DNA from: Pelotomaculum sp.
Lineage (GTDB): Bacteria > Bacillota > Desulfotomaculia > Desulfotomaculales > Pelotomaculaceae
Assembly: GCA_018435055.1 (NCBI GenBank)
Contig: JAHDOA010000007.1
Location: 31,853 to 95,852 of the forward strand
Length of the DNA: 64,000 bases
Direction: 5' to 3'
Shown here: positions 8,272 through 16,797 of the stretch, one piece after another
Layout of the letters: every line of letters begins with the position of its first letter
Numbering within the stretch: position 1 is the first letter of the stretch
Notes under the pieces: generated by a model
What the model saw: only the letters and a program-made list of their open reading frames with translations
Told to the model about the DNA's origin: nothing
Databases searched by the model: none
Made by a program: the position numbers and the translations under genes

Positions 8272-10389
8272 GTGAAACTTCATTCAATGGATGCGGTAAA
8301 CAGTTTTACTAACCCGAAATCTCTGGCTGTTATCGGCGCCTCCAACACACCAGGGAAAATTGGCGCCGCTATTGTAAACAACCTGCTGAAAAGCGGTTAC
8401 AAAGGAAAAATCTACCCGATCAACCCGAAAGAAAAAGAAATATCAGGAATCCGGTGTTATGCCACTGTGGCCGATGTGCCGGGGGACATTGAAATGGCCA
8501 TCTTCAGCATTCCCGCCCGTAAAACCCTGGAAACGGCGGAAGAGTGCGGTAAAAAAGGCGTTAAAAACCTGGTTGTTATTACAGCCGGGTTCAAAGAAAT
8601 TGGCCGCGCCGGCGCCGGGCTGGAAAAGGAATTAATGTCGGTCTGCAGTCAATATGGCATGCGCGTGCTTGGTCCAAACGTAGTCGGATTTATTGATACC
8701 CATACTCCCATTAACGCTACTTTTTTAAAAGGATTCCCCCCAAAAGGAGAAATAGCCTTTATTTCGCAGAGCGGCGCCATCCTGGCCTCTATTCTGGATT
8801 GGAGCCAATCGGCAGGCATTGGCTACAGTAAAATTTACAGCCTGGGCAATAAAGCGGACCTGAGCGAGGTTGACTTTATCGCGGAAGCTGCTGCCGATCC
8901 AAACACAAAAGTTATCCTCTGCTATATTGAAGACGTGTCGCACGGACCCGAATTTTTAAAAGTGGTAGGCGAAGCGACTCGCAAAAAACCGGTGATAATT
9001 CTGAAATCAGGCACCAGCCAGTCCGGCGCCCTGGCCGCCTCGTCCCATACGGGGGCCCTGGCGGGAAGTGACCTTGCTTACAAAACAGCCTTCCAAAGAT
9101 GCGGTGTCCTGCGGGTATCCAGCATGTCCGAGCTTTTTGACCTGGCCATATCTTTTGTCAACCAGCCGGCGCCGAAAGGAGACAGGGTGGCCATTATCAC
9201 CAACTCCGGCGGACCGGGCATTATAGCCACCGACAAGGTTGAGGCACACGCCCTGCAGATGGCCCGATTTTCCAGGGAAACTATTGAAGAACTGCGCTCA
9301 TACCTGCCTGCCGAAGCCGGCATATACAACCCGGTGGACGTCCTGGGCGACGCCAAAGCAGACCGCTTCAGGTTTGCTTTTGAAAAAGTTTTCAAGGATG
9401 AAAATGTGGACAGTGTAGTACTGCTGCTGTGTCCCGTGGCGGTAACCGAACCACTTGAAACAGCGCAGGCCCTGGTTGAGTTTAACCGGCTCCACCCGGA
9501 AAAGACAGTCATGGCCGCCTACATGGGCGGCAAATCTCTGGCCGATGGGGCGGCGCTCCTTTCCAGCAGCGGCATCCCCTGTTTTCCCATGCCGGAAACT
9601 GCTGTCGCGGCTGTCGCGGGGATGACCGCTTACAGGAGGATGAGGGATCGCGCGGTAACGGAAGTGAGAAATGCAGACATAAAACCGGACTTAAAAACCG
9701 TTAAGGCAAATTTCTATGATGTCAAAAGAGATAACCGCCTGGCCCTGCTGGGTAGCGAAGCTGCAGAGGTTATCGCAGCTTACGGCATAGCGGCGGCCCC
9801 CACTATACTATCACAAAACCCTGATGAGGCTGCGGCAACAGCTGATCTATTGGGATACCCGGTTGTGCTGAAAATCGCCTCGCCGAAAATTATGCACAAA
9901 ACTGACGTAGGCGGGGTTATTAGCGGACTCCAGTCACCTGAGGAAGTCAAACACGCTTATGTAAATATTATTGAAAATGTCCACCGTTATTTACCCAGGG
10001 TCGTGCCTTATGGTATTGAGGTGCAAAAAATGGTACCGCAAGGAATAGAGCTGATCCTGGGCATGACCAGGGACGTCCAATTCGGCCCCTTGATAGGTTT
10101 CGGCCTGGGCGGAATATATGTTAACCTGATTAAGGACGTTTCCTTCAAGCTGGCCCAGGGCTTGACCAGTGATGAAATAGCCGATATGATAACAGAAACC
10201 AAAGCTTATTCCCTGATGAAAGGCTACCGGGGCAGCAGCCCGGTCGATATCCAGGCAGTGAGCGAAGCGGTTAAGCGCTTGTCTGTATTAGTCACTGATT
10301 TTCCGGAAATAACTGAGATTGATATCAATCCTCTCTTTGCTTATGGAAACAGCATAGCAGCCATCGATGTAAAAATAACCCTGTCTTGA
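8272..10389 (+). CDS. ADP-forming acetate/acyl-CoA ligase (fused alpha-beta)
   Basis: CoA-binding N-terminus (AVIGAS), phospho-His motif SHTGALAG, NPVDVLGDA, ATP-grasp C-terminus (HKTDVGGV, EIDINP); no GNAT domain. Confidence 0.9.
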   Translation: MKLHSMDAVNSFTNPKSLAVIGASNTPGKIGAAIVNNLLKSGYKGKIYPINPKEKEISGIRCYATVADVPGDIEMAIFSIPARKTLETAEECGKKGVKNLVVITAGFKEIGRAGAGLEKELMSVCSQYGMRVLGPNVVGFIDTHTPINATFLKGFPPKGEIAFISQSGAILASILDWSQSAGIGYSKIYSLGNKADLSEVDFIAEAAADPNTKVILCYIEDVSHGPEFLKVVGEATRKKPVIILKSGTSQSGALAASSHTGALAGSDLAYKTAFQRCGVLRVSSMSELFDLAISFVNQPAPKGDRVAIITNSGGPGIIATDKVEAHALQMARFSRETIEELRSYLPAEAGIYNPVDVLGDAKADRFRFAFEKVFKDENVDSVVLLLCPVAVTEPLETAQALVEFNRLHPEKTVMAAYMGGKSLADGAALLSSSGIPCFPMPETAVAAVAGMTAYRRMRDRAVTEVRNADIKPDLKTVKANFYDVKRDNRLALLGSEAAEVIAAYGIAAAPTILSQNPDEAAATADLLGYPVVLKIASPKIMHKTDVGGVISGLQSPEEVKHAYVNIIENVHRYLPRVVPYGIEVQKMVPQGIELILGMTRDVQFGPLIGFGLGGIYVNLIKDVSFKLAQGLTSDEIADMITETKAYSLMKGYRGSSPVDIQAVSEAVKRLSVLVTDFPEITEIDINPLFAYGNSIAAIDVKITLS

Positions 10390-10398
10390 GGTGATAAC

Positions 10399-11454
10399 AT
10401 GAAAAACCTTTATATTACAGGTATCGCTGGATGCGGCAAGACTGCCATTGCGCTGGGCATCGCCCTGAAACTGAAAGAAGAAGGCGTCAAGGCCACCTAC
10501 TTTAAGCCTGTGGGGAGCCGCCCGAAACTGGCCTGCGGTAGAGACAACGACGCCCTATTAATGCAAGAGATCCTGCACATGAAGGCTGGTGTGGAACAAA
10601 TCGCGCCTTTTACTGCCGGCACCTCGTACCTGTCAGGGCTGAAGAATCCGGAGACGGCTATGGCCAGCATCATAGCAGCCTATCAGGCCATCTCCGCGGA
10701 GGCGGACCTGATCATTATTGACGGGGCTACCTTTCCACATGTGGGCGCCGCTTACGGCCTTGATGTAGTCTCCCTGACTCCAAAGTTTAATGCTTCGGTC
10801 TTAAATGTGATCAAGGTGGAGAACGATCTCAGCGTGGATCAGGCCATCTTCTTCAATAACTGCTGCAGGTCGAGCGGACTGGCGGTTTCCGGGCATATTT
10901 TCAACAATGTTCCCAGGCAGCTGCTGGCCAAAACAGAAGGGGTTTTCAAACCGGTTTTGGAGAAAAAGGGCTGCGCTACCCTCGGCATTATACCAATGCG
11001 ACCGGAAATTGCCTCGCCTACTGTTGCGGAGTATTATGAAGCTCTGGGCGGTGAACTGCTGACCGGTGAAGACAAACTGAACAGACTGGTAGAAGAAGTC
11101 GTAGTGGGGGCCATGACTATGGAAAGCGCCCTAAAGTATATGCGCCGTTCAGCAAATAAGGCGATTATAATGGGGGGAGACCGGGCTGATATGGCCCTGG
11201 CCACCCTTGAGACCAGCACATCAGCTTTGATTTTAACAGGCGGCCTTTATCCGGATGTGAAGGTAGTTTCCCGCGCTGCCGAGAAAGGCGTACCTATTAT
11301 TCTTGTTCATTATGACACATATACCACGATAGAAAGATTAACGGAAATATCCAGGCGGATCAGCCCCGGCGACGCCACCGGCATCAATATCGCCAAGGAA
11401 AACATCGAGCAGCACTGTGACTGGAAATCAATTATCAAAACCCTTGAGGAGTGA
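10399..11454 (+). CDS. BioD-like/DRTGG domain protein (Pta N-terminal region only)
   Basis: P-loop GIAGCGKT, YFKPVG, GGDRAD (DRTGG-like); lacks the Pta catalytic domain. Confidence 0.85.
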   Translation: MKNLYITGIAGCGKTAIALGIALKLKEEGVKATYFKPVGSRPKLACGRDNDALLMQEILHMKAGVEQIAPFTAGTSYLSGLKNPETAMASIIAAYQAISAEADLIIIDGATFPHVGAAYGLDVVSLTPKFNASVLNVIKVENDLSVDQAIFFNNCCRSSGLAVSGHIFNNVPRQLLAKTEGVFKPVLEKKGCATLGIIPMRPEIASPTVAEYYEALGGELLTGEDKLNRLVEEVVVGAMTMESALKYMRRSANKAIIMGGDRADMALATLETSTSALILTGGLYPDVKVVSRAAEKGVPIILVHYDTYTTIERLTEISRRISPGDATGINIAKENIEQHCDWKSIIKTLEE

Positions 11455-11464
11455 AACAATTGGG

Positions 11465-11494
11465 GCCTGCCGGGTTAAACCGGCAGGCTTTTTT
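11465..11494 (+). terminator. intrinsic terminator
   Basis: GCCTGCCGG-N6-CCGGCAGGC-TTTTTT. Confidence 0.85.
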
Positions 11495-11590
11495 AACTGC
11501 TGACAGCCAAATATTTTATTATGGATTTTTTATGCTGTAATTTTATTTTTTTTGGCTAAACTAAATAGGATAAAAAACGGGGGGGTTTTG

Positions 11591-12238
11591 ATGTCTGACC
11601 ATAGTCCTTCCAACGTAGTGCTTGAAAGGGATATTGACTGGTCCGGGACCATCGGGGTTACCGTTCCTGTCTCCGATGTGCAGGTTTACCAGCGGGCTGA
11701 AAATATTGATCTGAAGATTATAAATGACGGCATTCTAAGGGTACAGGCGGCATTAAAGCTGTTTGCCATGGTCACGGCCGGGCTGGATGAAAAACATATT
11801 TTTAACCCGGCCAAGATATTTACCAACGTCATTAATATCAATTCTTTTATTCATCTAAAATCTAAAATCAAACGGGAAGACATAATATCAGTGGACTATG
11901 GTCTGGATATTAAAAATTATGCTCTCCGGCCCGATAACATAATTATCAGCGGAACATTAAAACTGAAGATAAAATACGTCATCCACCTGGTCCTGGATGG
12001 TGTGGTAATTGACTTTGCCGGCAACAATGCAATTAACGGCGCCACTATAAATGTAAAGGACTTAGAAAGCGGTGAGATAAAAGCAACTGTGACTACCGGC
12101 AGCGACGGCAGGTATTCTTTCAATAACATGCCCCCAGGTATCTACCTGGTTGAGGCTTTTACAGACTCCCATAAGCTGGAACAGAAGGTGAGCGTGATGA
12201 AAACACGGGACACCGTGAATTTTGTTCTACACCAGTAA
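11591..12238 (+). CDS. hypothetical protein with C-terminal carboxypeptidase-regulatory-like domain
   Basis: C-terminus GATINV...TTGSDGRYSFNNMPPGIYLVEA; ATG at 11591 has a G-rich RBS. Confidence 0.7.
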   Translation: MSDHSPSNVVLERDIDWSGTIGVTVPVSDVQVYQRAENIDLKIINDGILRVQAALKLFAMVTAGLDEKHIFNPAKIFTNVININSFIHLKSKIKREDIISVDYGLDIKNYALRPDNIIISGTLKLKIKYVIHLVLDGVVIDFAGNNAINGATINVKDLESGEIKATVTTGSDGRYSFNNMPPGIYLVEAFTDSHKLEQKVSVMKTRDTVNFVLHQ

Positions 12239-12248
12239 CCCCGAAACT

Positions 12249-13259
12249 TTATTCAAAAATTTTCCCCACAAACTTGATTTCCTCGCCGCAATTGCTGCAG
12301 TTACTGCCGGACAAGCCCACGCCACGGGCGGAAAAGCCGATCCTGCTGATCACCTCGTCGCCGCACCTGGGACAGAAGGTGTCGCCGGTACCCGGGACCT
12401 GCGCGTTTCCGATATAGACATAGTGCAGTTTTTTAGTCGCGATTTCCCTGGCCCGCACCAGTTTTTCCAGCGGGGTAGCCGGCAGGCCCATCTTGTACAT
12501 GGGGAAATAGCGGGAAAAATGCAGGGGGATGTCCCGGTCCAGGGAAGCAATCCAGCCGGTCAGGCGCCCGATCTCCTCCTCCGTATCGTTCAACCCGGGG
12601 ATGAGCAGGGTGGTCAACTCGACATGGCATTCACGCCGGGCTGTTTCCACGGTCTTAAGGACAGGCTGCAGGCTACCTTTGCAGTATTTCTTATAATAAT
12701 CCTCCGTAAAGCCCTTGACGTCTATATTCATGGCGTCAATATGGGGAAGGATTTGCCGCAGGGGAGCCTCGTTGACCGAGCCGTTTGTCACAAGCACATT
12801 TTTCAGGCCGGCTTCTCTAGCCAGCACGGCTGTTTCAAAAACAAACTCATACCACATGAAAGGTTCATTGTATGTATAGGCAAGGCCGATATTCGGGTAG
12901 CCCATGCCGGCATAGTCCATGGCCATCTCCACCAGGCCTGCCGGGGTGATCTCGTTAGTGGGCGGGTCATCGTGGGCTATCGACCAGTTCTGGCAGAACT
13001 GGCATTTAAAATTGCAGCCGACCGTGCCTGCTGAAAGGATATAAGAGCCGGGATAAAAATGGTAAAGCGGCTTTTTCTCGATCGGATCCATCCCGTAGGA
13101 AGAAACCTTGCCGTAGTTTGTGGCATAAAGAATACCGCTGCGGTTTTGCCTGGTGCGGCAGACACCGGTTTTTCCCTCCTGTATTTTGCAATAATGCGGA
13201 CAGAGAACACAGGCTGCTATATCTTTCTCTTTATTTTCGTAAAACAGCGCTTCTCGCAT
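12249..13259 (-). CDS. amrS: AmmeMemoRadiSam system radical SAM enzyme
   Basis: N-terminal CVLCPHYC...GVC, DPIEKKPLYHF, CxxxCxxC (GCNFKCQFCQN), C-terminal CPRCG. Confidence 0.93.
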   Translation of the reverse strand: MREALFYENKEKDIAACVLCPHYCKIQEGKTGVCRTRQNRSGILYATNYGKVSSYGMDPIEKKPLYHFYPGSYILSAGTVGCNFKCQFCQNWSIAHDDPPTNEITPAGLVEMAMDYAGMGYPNIGLAYTYNEPFMWYEFVFETAVLAREAGLKNVLVTNGSVNEAPLRQILPHIDAMNIDVKGFTEDYYKKYCKGSLQPVLKTVETARRECHVELTTLLIPGLNDTEEEIGRLTGWIASLDRDIPLHFSRYFPMYKMGLPATPLEKLVRAREIATKKLHYVYIGNAQVPGTGDTFCPRCGDEVISRIGFSARGVGLSGSNCSNCGEEIKFVGKIFE

Positions 13260-13282
13260 TCACAATCACCTCTTAAAACATA

Positions 13283-13520
13283 TTGACAGGATTTACAGGA
13301 TTTTTTCGGATTAACAGGATTAAAACCATAGATACTAGATTTATTTTGGAAACCATTATTTAATCTTTTTGTTCTGCAATCTTATAAACATTTAAATAAA
13401 AATTTGATTAATTTAATCTATTGAATCCTGCTAACTATTCATTATGTGAGATTATTATTTAAATATCATTTGGTTTTTTAAATCCTGTAAATCCTGTTTT
13501 TATCCTGTTAATCCTGTCAA
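13283..13520. repeat. MITE-like element with inverted terminal arrays of ACAGGATT units
   Basis: left TTGACAGGATTTACAGGATT...AACAGGATT; right AATCCTGTAAATCCTGT...ATCCTGTTAATCCTGTCAA; very AT-rich interior. Confidence 0.75.
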
Positions 13521-13526
13521 ATTGTT

Positions 13527-14927
13527 TTATCTATACCTTACCACTTCAAACCTTTCCAACATTACCGGCTCGTCCGGCCGGATGCCGGCCTTCTGGCGGG
13601 CTATGCGTACCTGTTCTTCCGCCGTGTCTATCCCTTCCAGGTTGGGCAGCAGCAGGCCGCTTCTACGGCCGGACCGCACTATTACTCCGTACTTCACGGG
13701 GTCCAACTGTTGCAGGCCGGATATGGGTTCGGGCGGCTGCAGCACATCCACGGAATAGTCAAGGTCGTTCAGCTCATCCTTGCGCACAGGCTGAAAGCGC
13801 GGATCATGCATGCCGGCGCTGATGGCGTTGGCAGCAACCTCCTCGGCAATGCTGGCTTTGTCCGGTTCTATGGTTCCTATACAGCCGCGCAACTGCCCGT
13901 GCTTTTTAATGGAAACAAACACACCTGCTTTTTTCTTGAATTCCTCTGGTATCTCAGCGGCTGCGGGCGGCAGGGACCCGCTGACATAGCTTTCCAGGGT
14001 GTTACGCGCCAGTTTGACCAGGAGGCTTTCCCCAGCCTGTTGTTTTTCCCTTTCTGCCTGCCGTTCGGCACGTATTTTATTTAAAAACGATTTTTCCGGG
14101 TTTTTGCCTTCAGGTTCGAGGGAGGCCACAAGGTAGCCAACCCCGAACGGCCCCTCATATGACAGGACCTCGGCTTTGACATCGTACCCGTCCAGGGCGC
14201 CCAGCATCATGACAATAGAGTGGTAACCGCACTCCCCCGCCTGGGCGACCAGGTCCGGGTCCATTTTGACAATGCACTCCACGTCTGTCACGGCCAACAA
14301 CCTGGCCAGCAGGCTGTCAAAATCTTTTCCTTTCGGCAGGTAGCCTCCCGGAGCATCGTGTGTAAGGCCGTGGGAAAGGTCGCCGCTCGCCAGCAGGGCC
14401 ACCCTGCGCCCCAGCGCGTCGGCGGCTTTGCGGACAGCGACACCGAAGAGGTAAAGTCTTTGGGGCAGTCCCAGCGCCATTGACACATGCACGAGCGGTG
14501 TTTCCAATCCGGCCTTGCGGAGAAAATACAGCGGCACGATCACCCCGTGATCCAGGCGCAGGCTAATACCGTATTGCCTTTCTTCTTCTTCGGTCAGTTC
14601 TACCACAAACATACCCAGGTTTGCGGATTGTTCTTTAATTTCACGGGCCAGAACCGTGTCGTTTTCCATTATATATCTGACATTACCGGCCCGGAAATGC
14701 CCCAGGTCCCCCTCTAACTGCGGGGAAAGGTTTATGCCGATTACATCCCGGAAAACCGGCGCGTGCGGTGAAATAATTACAACCGTATCGGCGCCGCTCT
14801 CTTTAATCCGCCTGCCCAGCTCAAGAAGCGCTTCCTGGGTATCGGAAACTATAGCAGCCTCTGGCCCGCCGACTTCCGGTACGGCTATGGGGGGGTGCGG
14901 GCAGATGCCGCAAAACACTACGGTCAT
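13527..14927 (-). CDS. amrA: AmmeMemoRadiSam protein A fused to a MEMO/LigB-like domain
   Basis: N-terminal PHPP...SPH...DHG...SGDLSH...GPFGVGY; C-terminal AMMECR1 motif GVFVSIKKHGQLRGCIGT...DPRF; ATG at 14927 fits the AGGAGG RBS. Confidence 0.92.
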   Translation of the reverse strand: MTVVFCGICPHPPIAVPEVGGPEAAIVSDTQEALLELGRRIKESGADTVVIISPHAPVFRDVIGINLSPQLEGDLGHFRAGNVRYIMENDTVLAREIKEQSANLGMFVVELTEEEERQYGISLRLDHGVIVPLYFLRKAGLETPLVHVSMALGLPQRLYLFGVAVRKAADALGRRVALLASGDLSHGLTHDAPGGYLPKGKDFDSLLARLLAVTDVECIVKMDPDLVAQAGECGYHSIVMMLGALDGYDVKAEVLSYEGPFGVGYLVASLEPEGKNPEKSFLNKIRAERQAEREKQQAGESLLVKLARNTLESYVSGSLPPAAAEIPEEFKKKAGVFVSIKKHGQLRGCIGTIEPDKASIAEEVAANAISAGMHDPRFQPVRKDELNDLDYSVDVLQPPEPISGLQQLDPVKYGVIVRSGRRSGLLLPNLEGIDTAEEQVRIARQKAGIRPDEPVMLERFEVVRYR

Positions 14928-15024
14928 TTTCACTTCCTCCTATACATTTAAAAGTAATACATCTTGTCAATCCGTGAAAATATTATCAATTATTTACCAG
15001 TATTATTACCTGACCCGCATTTTA

Positions 15025-15714
15025 TCATGTAAATATACCGTAATAGAGGAAATAACCGCCGAGGCCTAAAAGGAAAATCCCGCAGGCCGCGATGATCCCA
15101 CTGTAGATCCTGTCACTGAGGAATTTCCTGCCGCCTGCCACCACCGCAGAGATCAGACTGTACCAGATAAGATCAGCCAGGATATGTCCGGTAAAAAAAG
15201 AGGCCAGCCCCGGGGCTCCTTTTTGCAGTGACAGGGTTATATACCCCAGGCCAACTGTGGCCCACCACAGGGTCCAGTATGGATTGGCAACACTGACCAG
15301 TATGCCGGCCAGAACCGGGTGCATGCGTTTTGGCGCGTTCTGCCGCGCTGTCGCCAGGCTCCCAGCGCTTTCAACAGCTTTTCCATCCTGTCCGGACTGA
15401 CCGGACATCTTGAACGAAACCCTCCCCGCTGCTGCGTCCCGGGCCATACCGGCGCCCATATACAGTAAAAAGGCCCCTCCTATAACAGCGACAATGTGCG
15501 ATACCCGCTCCGTCGCTAATAAGGCAGACAGCCCGCCGGCCAGTGCCAGGAGCAAAACCAGTTCAAGGATTGCGTGGCCGGCCACGATTAACGGCCCGGC
15601 CAGAAAGCCTCGCCGCGCGCTCTCTCCTATCGTAACAGTAAGCAACGGGCCCGGCATTATTGCCCCGGAGAACCCGATGATAAAAGACGTGGTAAAAATT
15701 GCATATATCTCCAA
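15025..15714 (-). CDS. LysE family exporter
   Basis: GAIMPGPLL, GGAFLLYMG and VANPYWTLWW motifs. Confidence 0.88.
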   Translation of the reverse strand: MEIYAIFTTSFIIGFSGAIMPGPLLTVTIGESARRGFLAGPLIVAGHAILELVLLLALAGGLSALLATERVSHIVAVIGGAFLLYMGAGMARDAAAGRVSFKMSGQSGQDGKAVESAGSLATARQNAPKRMHPVLAGILVSVANPYWTLWWATVGLGYITLSLQKGAPGLASFFTGHILADLIWYSLISAVVAGGRKFLSDRIYSGIIAACGIFLLGLGGYFLYYGIFT

Positions 15715-15771
15715 TAAATCACCGCCATTTTTACTATTTTCTTTTCTGCAGGCAAAAATACCTGCCTTATA

Positions 15772-16422
15772 TTGAAAAAATCATTTTACCCCCTTTACAA
15801 ATTCCCGGGCAAAGACGATAGTCTTAATATGAATATAAATTCTATAGCTTCCATATTATCCGAACTGACATATCAGCAAAAAAATGTTTCGTCTTCTGCC
15901 GCCAGGGTAGAGGGAGTCTCCCAGCTGCGCGACGCAACGGCTGCGATTAGAGAGACGCTAGCGAACGAAGGTGTAAAAACCACCATGCTGCAGACCGCCC
16001 GGACGGATGCGCCGCAGCAAAAAGCTGAACAGCCCTTTCCGCTCCCCGCTTTTATACCTTTGCCGCTGCGCACAGATTTGTTTCAGGAAGCCCGTTTTTT
16101 CGCCAGGCCTGGCGAGGAAAAAGAAGGCGCCGGAACCAACCGGGAGGCGGAAGAAATCTTCATCTGCCTGATCACCGAAAACCTTGGCCGGATCTGGGTG
16201 GGCATCGCCATGCGCAACGATTTCCTGTCAGTAAAATATTTTACCGAGCGGGAAGCTTCAAATAAGACGCTGAGACAGAATTTTCCTCCCTTAAGGGAAG
16301 AACTGAAGTCAATCGGTTTTAGCAGGGTCTCATTAATCAGTCAGGCCAGGACTGAACTGGGCGCGGTAGTGGAGGGACTCCTCCCGAAATTTGAAGCGCA
16401 CCTCCTTGACCGGAAGATTTGA
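15772..16422 (+). CDS. FliK C-terminal-like (YlqG-like) protein; start uncertain
   Basis: LITENLGRIWVGI...LREELKSIGF resembles the FliK T3S4 domain; directly precedes an FlhB-like gene. Confidence 0.6.
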   Translation: MKKSFYPLYKFPGKDDSLNMNINSIASILSELTYQQKNVSSSAARVEGVSQLRDATAAIRETLANEGVKTTMLQTARTDAPQQKAEQPFPLPAFIPLPLRTDLFQEARFFARPGEEKEGAGTNREAEEIFICLITENLGRIWVGIAMRNDFLSVKYFTEREASNKTLRQNFPPLREELKSIGFSRVSLISQARTELGAVVEGLLPKFEAHLLDRKI

Positions 16423-16434
16423 GGGGTGATAGGC

Positions 16435-16710
16435 ATGAGTGATCTGAGAGAGGAATTTGCCACGGCGCTGCGCTACAAACCGGGCGAGGATAACGCCCCG
16501 GTTATCGTCGCGGCGGGCCAGGGTCTAAAAGCGAGGCAAATCAAAAAAATAGCGGAAAAATCGGGGGTGCCGTTATATCAGGATCAGACCCTGGCCAAAA
16601 CACTATATAACCTGGGTATCGGGGTGGAGATCCCGCCCCGGCTGTATGAAGCCATGGCCAGAGTCCTTGTATTTGTGATGAAACTGGATAAAAAAGCCCC
16701 CGGTTCATAG
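16435..16710 (+). CDS. FlhB cytoplasmic-domain-like protein (YlqH/EscU-type)
   Basis: ALRYKPGEDNAPVIVAAGQG...EIPPRLYEAMARVL. Confidence 0.88.
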   Translation: MSDLREEFATALRYKPGEDNAPVIVAAGQGLKARQIKKIAEKSGVPLYQDQTLAKTLYNLGIGVEIPPRLYEAMARVLVFVMKLDKKAPGS

Positions 16711-16720
16711 AGAGATAGAG

Positions 16721-16748
16721 AGGCCCATCAACAATTTAATGGGCCTTT
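16721..16748. terminator. terminator between convergent genes
   Basis: AGGCCCAT-N10-ATGGGCCT-TT. Confidence 0.55.
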
Positions 16749-16797
16749 ATAGTAGTAGATTTATCTATTGGGTAACAAGTAAATCCTGGTCATGATC

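Noticed and set aside
12222-13034. 270-aa plus-strand ORF
   Set aside because: Antisense shadow of amrS; no RBS or motif.
13330-13480. GxxExxY gene inside the MITE-like element
   Set aside because: All frames are broken by stops and I cannot see the GxxExxY motif.
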